Shown: positions 30,372 through 35,164 of the stretch, in pieces
How the letters are laid out: every line of letters starts with the position of its first letter
Position numbering within the stretch: position 1 is the stretch's first letter
DNA from: Licmophora abbreviata
Lineage: Eukaryota
Reading direction: 5' to 3'
DNA: 35,164 nt
Assembly (NCBI GenBank): GCA_900291995.1
Contig: OLMU01004942.1
Span: 1 to 35,164 of the forward strand
Notes under the pieces: generated by a model
Seen by the model: only the letters and a program-made list of their open reading frames with translations
What the model was told of the DNA's origin: nothing
The model's database searches: none
Translations under genes and position numbers: made by a program

Positions 30372-31976
30372 ATGGGGTACTCGACCAGTGAGATTATCCT
30401 GGAGCTTATCTGCCCCGCGCTGGGAGTGATTATGGCAAACGTCATGTTTTCCGGTAAGTTTCCTGCAATCGTCGTGCAATCTTGCTTTCTGTACCCAAGA
30501 AAAAGGAAGTATTGGACTGAATGGCGTTTCTGAAGGTCCTGGCGTGGATGGGATGCGTAAGGGGTCCTCGAGATGATTATGAATGCAGGCTGGTCTACTG
30601 CGGTATCAAATACCAGTGCAGTCGTCGATAAACGGTGCCCGTGAAGAGCTTCGAAACGTGGATGGCGTTGTGGAAGTCAAGCATATTTCATCGCTCAAAG
30701 GTGATATCTTTCGTCTTTCTTGTCTCGACCCTCCTCTACAACAGCCCCCTACAGAGCAGTCGTTTTGGCAATCGCAAGAGGATATCTTGGAGATTTAAAC
30801 CCAATGCCCTGGGCCTTCATGACGGGGAATTGTCTAGGTAAGTGACATGCGTCGAGTCGCCGTCAACTCGTGCACGGTTCTATACCTAGCGATCATATGG
30901 AAATACCGCCGGTAGACGATCCGCTCTTGTCTCATTTCTATTTTTTTTTCTTGATGACAGGATGGCTCTTTTATTCCTTCATGACTCGAGACTACTTTCT
31001 GTATTTTGCCAACGCCCCCGGACTCATTCTGAGCATATGGCTCAACTTGTGTGCCGCCAAATTGCAGTACAATGCGTATCGCACCGAAAGTATGCGACAC
31101 TCCTTTGTTCATTACATGGGGACATCGCAACGACGGAGGATGAGCATATACGCCGAAAATAGAAATACAATGAAGAAGGCAACCGATTTTGGCAAGGAAG
31201 TCTTGAGCAAATTCATGTTTCAAAAGGGCAAGTCTCCTGCGCCGCATGAGAAGCTCACCGTCGGGATCATTGTGCTTTGGATGGCTGTACTGAGTGTCAC
31301 CTTCTTTGCCGACTTTTCGAGCAAGACACGAGAAACTATTGTCGGTGTCGTGGTCAATTGTAACTTGCTGTTCTTCTACGGCGCTCCTCTTTCTGTCATC
31401 TTTCGAGTATTGAAGGCAAAGAACTCTGCGTCGATTCATATTTGGACCATGTGTACCAACACCATGAACGGCACGTTCTGGTCGGCATATGGCATTGCCA
31501 TTATGGATCCCTTTGTACTGGTGCCAAATGCGATCGGGACGGCGATGGGTTTGATGCAGATTTTTCTTGTGTGCACTTATCCGAGGAAAAAGAAAGACGA
31601 GTATTCGGAAACTATGCAAGAATTCAGACAAGAGTTGGGACCTATAGCCGAAGGCGACGAGGAAGAGGACAGCGATGAAGAGGGCCAGTTCGATCCGTAT
31701 TATGGAATCGATCAAATTAGCGATCCGAGTGAAGATGGGAGTAAAGACGGGGGCGAAGACGGAAGCGAGCGTTCTTTCGACACAGAACATCCTCCCATGG
31801 AAAATGGCCAGGAGGCACACGTCGAGGAGAAAGCAGCCAGTGAAAGCGTTGATCTTGAGAAGGCACCACAGCCAACTGAAGTGGAAGACGTCGATCCGGA
31901 AAAGGCACCGCAGTTGGCGAAACGAAATGTCGCGCCAGCGATCGAGGAGGACGCATCGGGGGATATGTGGGCATAA
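30372..31976 (+). CDS. SWEET: SWEET / MtN3-saliva sugar transporter with long acidic C-tail, 3 exons
   Basis: Exons 30372-30453, 30745-30837, 30961-31976 give LGVIMANVMFSAP..GDLNPMPWAFMTGNCLGWLFYS..FANAPG and second repeat FFYGAPLS..NSASI..NGTFWSAYG..DPFVLVPNAIG..Q. Confidence 0.92.
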
Positions 31977-32324
31977 GCGCACGTCGGCGGTCCGATTCAA
32001 GCGCTTGACTGGTACAGCACATGACAGACCACTAGACGACGCCGATTTTGTTGGCGGTTGTCAATTGGGCAGAGGAGTGCGTCAAGGGCTGGAGTTGCTA
32101 GACTGTCGCAACGATTCCGTTGCTACAGTTCAGTCATCGACATGTCGGCGATATGCCTTTTCGTGCTGAAGCAATAGTATCTACCACTGATTATAGCGTG
32201 TACATAAAGTTTTAAAATTGCTTCGCGATAAGCATCTCACGTCAGTTGTTTATCAGTCGTAGGACAGCGCAGAAGAAAACACTCTGGCTCATTTGGTTTG
32301 AACAGTCCAGCTGCGTGTGTCCAA

Positions 32325-34862
32325 TCACATCTCCTCCTGCGGCAACGTAGAGTAGAAATTCCACGGTCGAGGACTCGACACTCGCACTCGACCTTGTTTG
32401 GTTCCGTACACAAAGCCATAGCCCGAGTTGGGATGAAATCGAGCAATGTTGACATCGTCGTCTCCACTGAGCATGGTAGAGACATGCGTCATCCCACCGT
32501 TGATACGATACAGCGATGTGACGGGATGGTAGTGACTGTCTTCTCCATTCTCGGTCGATACGGGTTCTCGGACTCCGTATCCCAACAGACAGAAATCGGC
32601 AGAGGGTGAAAACTTGACGCAGGTTACAGCCGATGCCTTCGCCCCGTCTAGGGGACATGCTTCGAGTAGCTGACCCAGCCGCGGACGATACCCGTTAGCG
32701 ACAGACGTTCGCGGGCCGACGGGATACGCCGCTGGGCTGATTTGTGTCGTATCGAGACTAATCGTCACAACATGAGGAACGTATCTTCCAAGTTGACGCG
32801 CCACGTCTGCGTACATGGAGCTCCCCGTTACGATTGAAAGCGGATGTGGGGGGCGCAGAGGTACGTGATGAGCACGCCCTGACGACGGCGGAGGCGGTAT
32901 CGCTGGATTCGCTGATCGCAATGGATACTCCGAGTTGGAAGTCAAGAACGGTTGAAGTCGATTGCTACCGCGGCCCAAAAAGGAGTGGCTCTGTCCAAGA
33001 CCACCAGTGAATCGTAGACCAGGCGGCGGTGGTGGGGAAAGTCGAGGTTGCCGACGCTGCTGATTCGGCGGGGTAATGGGGTTAGAGTCACCTTGGTTTT
33101 GACGCGTGCTGCTGTGGTTGGAACTGCTGGTCTCGGAGAGGCGAGAGAGTATGCGGCGTGGCGGGGTATTGTAAGAAGGCGAACCCTGACCCGACTGGGG
33201 AGTTTGTTGAGTAGTTGACACAGAGCCCTCTGCCGCCCCTGGATCGTTACTTCGTGGTGTGGACGAGGGAGTTGCCATGACTGTCGCAGGCGACATCGGG
33301 ACAGCGCCTTCTTCCCCGGAAACAGAGCTTGCATCGTCCTCATCCTCGTTCGAGCTGTCACTCTCCTTTTCCTCCCGCTCAAGCAGTTCCATGGCACTGT
33401 TGACACCTTCTGGAAGCCAGTACTCGGCGCATGCACAGAGCGTTTTACCATCTGGGGACACATCAAATCCACCATCATTGTACAAGAGCGCTCGAGGGAC
33501 AAACGTGCGAGGCTGCGGAGAGATAAGGCAGATCGGCGATGGGCGCATGTGAGCAATTGAACGCCAGAGAAGACAACGGCTGGAAAGCTTATAGAGCATC
33601 CACATACGACTCACATTGTTCAGCGCCTTCTTACGTGTTCGAAGTGACGTACGGGACGAGCTGGCGGGTTGCTCACTGCGGAACGGATGCAAGGCGGCGT
33701 CTTCCTCAAAATCCCAGAGCTTCAAATAGAAGCTCATGCCACCACCCGACATGCCCCCAAGACCTCGTCCTGGTCGATGAGCGTCATCATTCTTTGGATT
33801 CATGCCTCCCACAATCAATGTCGTTCCGTTCGGTGGAAAGTGAACGCATCGTAGCATGTGCCCCTGATCGATATCCGTCAATGCGCCCCTCGTCTGTTGT
33901 TGTGCGAGGGACATCTCAAGCGTCGTCGGCGCAGTATTGCCACCGTGATTGTCATAGTCCCAAAAATGAATGCGGGCCCCACAGGCAATGGCCATAACAC
34001 GTCCGGCTGGGTGAAAGCTCAAACTGATAATGGCAGAGTCGAGACGAATCATGTGCAAGCAGCGTGCTTCCTGCCAGTTCCAAACTCTCACCTGAAAACC
34101 GAGACAGCCGCTCGCAAGAATGCGAGGATCGGAGGGGTGAAATTTGACGGTCCAGGGTGTTCGAGGATGTCCATCCAGTGATTGAAGCAAGTCACCAGTT
34201 GAACACGATGTAATCTTGACTGTATGGTCACCGTGTGTTGACGCCATGGTCTGCGCGTCGGGAGAAAAGGCAACCGAGATTGTACTCACTGCATTGGTCG
34301 AGGTCGGTTGATCATCATCTTCCTCACCCGCTTCTGGCTCTTGAATACTCCCCGGACCTCCCAGATGATGTAAGTAGGCGGAATGATAACGCACGACACA
34401 ACTGTACTCGCAATAGGTTTGAATTTCATGAAAGACCGACTTGGGGTATAGCGCCGCACGCCGTAGACTGGAAGAGCGCATGGATTCCTCCTCGCGGCGG
34501 TTCGGAGAGCGCTTTTCGCGGCTCGGGGTGTAATTTTCTATTGCGTCATTCGAAGCGCGGTGCATGACAACGTGTCGTGCTCCAAAACGTTCTCGGTCTC
34601 GTAATGCCAAACAGATATGACGTCCAGTCTCTCCCAATCCACCGTGTCGGTGAATTCTTCGGTGCTGTAATGTCTGCTCTTGAATCAATTTCCGAAAGTC
34701 CCATCGGTCCTGCATTGTTTTTGTGGAGGGTGCGGGAGATAGGGCGAGAGAGTGTTGATTCTCCTGTCCGTCAGAAGTGGAGCGGTGGTGGTCCGCCTGC
34801 TCCTGTTCGTGGTAGGCTTCCCAGAGCATGGCGCATTCAGAATCGTCGTCGTGCTGGTACAT
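32325..34862 (-). CDS. AMBRA1-like split WD40 protein (putative DCAF), 2 exons
   Basis: Exons 34862-33615 and 33512-32325 (102-nt in-frame intron GTGAGT..CGCAG). STISVAFSPD..ASTHGDHTVKI..GHPRTPWTVKFHP..LASGCLG.QVRVW; LYNDGGFDVSPDG; VTCVKFSP..LLGYG; DDVNIARFHP..GFVYGTKQG. Confidence 0.82.
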   Translation of the reverse strand: MYQHDDDSECAMLWEAYHEQEQADHHRSTSDGQENQHSLALSPAPSTKTMQDRWDFRKLIQEQTLQHRRIHRHGGLGETGRHICLALRDRERFGARHVVMHRASNDAIENYTPSREKRSPNRREEESMRSSSLRRAALYPKSVFHEIQTYCEYSCVVRYHSAYLHHLGGPGSIQEPEAGEEDDDQPTSTNAVSTISVAFSPDAQTMASTHGDHTVKITSCSTGDLLQSLDGHPRTPWTVKFHPSDPRILASGCLGFQVRVWNWQEARCLHMIRLDSAIISLSFHPAGRVMAIACGARIHFWDYDNHGGNTAPTTLEMSLAQQQTRGALTDIDQGHMLRCVHFPPNGTTLIVGGMNPKNDDAHRPGRGLGGMSGGGMSFYLKLWDFEEDAALHPFRSEQPASSSRTSLRTRKKALNNVSRMWMLYKLSSRCLLWRSIAHMRPSPICLISPQPRTFVPRALLYNDGGFDVSPDGKTLCACAEYWLPEGVNSAMELLEREEKESDSSNEDEDDASSVSGEEGAVPMSPATVMATPSSTPRSNDPGAAEGSVSTTQQTPQSGQGSPSYNTPPRRILSRLSETSSSNHSSTRQNQGDSNPITPPNQQRRQPRLSPPPPPGLRFTGGLGQSHSFLGRGSNRLQPFLTSNSEYPLRSANPAIPPPPSSGRAHHVPLRPPHPLSIVTGSSMYADVARQLGRYVPHVVTISLDTTQISPAAYPVGPRTSVANGYRPRLGQLLEACPLDGAKASAVTCVKFSPSADFCLLGYGVREPVSTENGEDSHYHPVTSLYRINGGMTHVSTMLSGDDDVNIARFHPNSGYGFVYGTKQGRVRVSSPRPWNFYSTLPQEEM

Positions 34863-35164
34863 TGTTTTAAACTCCAAAATTAAGACTCAGGAGAGGAGCG
34901 GAACAAGTTTAGTGAGATGAAGACTCAATAGTCCGACTACAAAGGCGATTAAAACAGAAGTGACCGACAGAAAAATGTTACTTCCGCCATCGTGTCTTGT
35001 GTCTCGGTCGTTGTGCGTTTTACATTCGTGGCGGGTCCCCCACACAGACACGATGTGATTGTTTTTTCTTGCTGTGCACGAGCACCAAAGGCAGGACTGC
35101 GTCGAGTCAGTCAGTCATACAAGCGCTCGTCCGTCCCTCATCCGCTTCGACTGTCATTGGATTT

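Noticed and set aside
30834..32000. 388-aa - strand ORF antisense to SWEET
   Set aside because: Antisense shadow with non-ATG start; its hydrophobic stretch mirrors the acidic sense tail.

Overview
Gene-dense eukaryotic nuclear DNA, about 20 protein-coding genes in 35 kb with short GT-AG introns. It is very likely a diatom or related photosynthetic stramenopile: several genes have bipartite signal peptide + ASAFAP-type plastid presequences, and there is a diatom-style HSF and an RXL-motif surface protein. In order: DHHC-like (DHTC) acyltransferase 1, GT47 exostosin glycosyltransferase, DHTC paralog 2, prolyl-4-hydroxylase-like oxygenase, Pro/Thr/Ala-rich RXL membrane protein with Cys-rich tail, DENN+ENTH protein, signal-peptide/VDEL spermidine synthase-like aminopropyltransferase, tail-anchored all-Cys RING protein, plastid SAM-methyltransferase-like protein, ligand-less plastid Rieske-fold protein, O-fucosyltransferase-like protein, HACD/PTPLA-like protein, LRR protein, heat-shock factor, small plastid protein, 6-phosphogluconolactonase, WHEP-GST-GluRS, ankyrin protein, SWEET transporter and AMBRA1-like WD40 protein. 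Exon structures were deduced by hand from splice signals and reading-frame continuity. I see no mobile element, CRISPR array, rRNA or tRNA. The best leads are a putative ER-lumenal aminopropyltransferase (candidate for biosilica polyamine chemistry), a pair of zinc-less truncated DHTC enzymes clustered with a P4H, a GT47 and a plausible shared substrate, several apparent pseudo-enzymes, and a GGAATTTGG motif recurring in divergent promoters. All family calls come from motif recognition; no database search was run.
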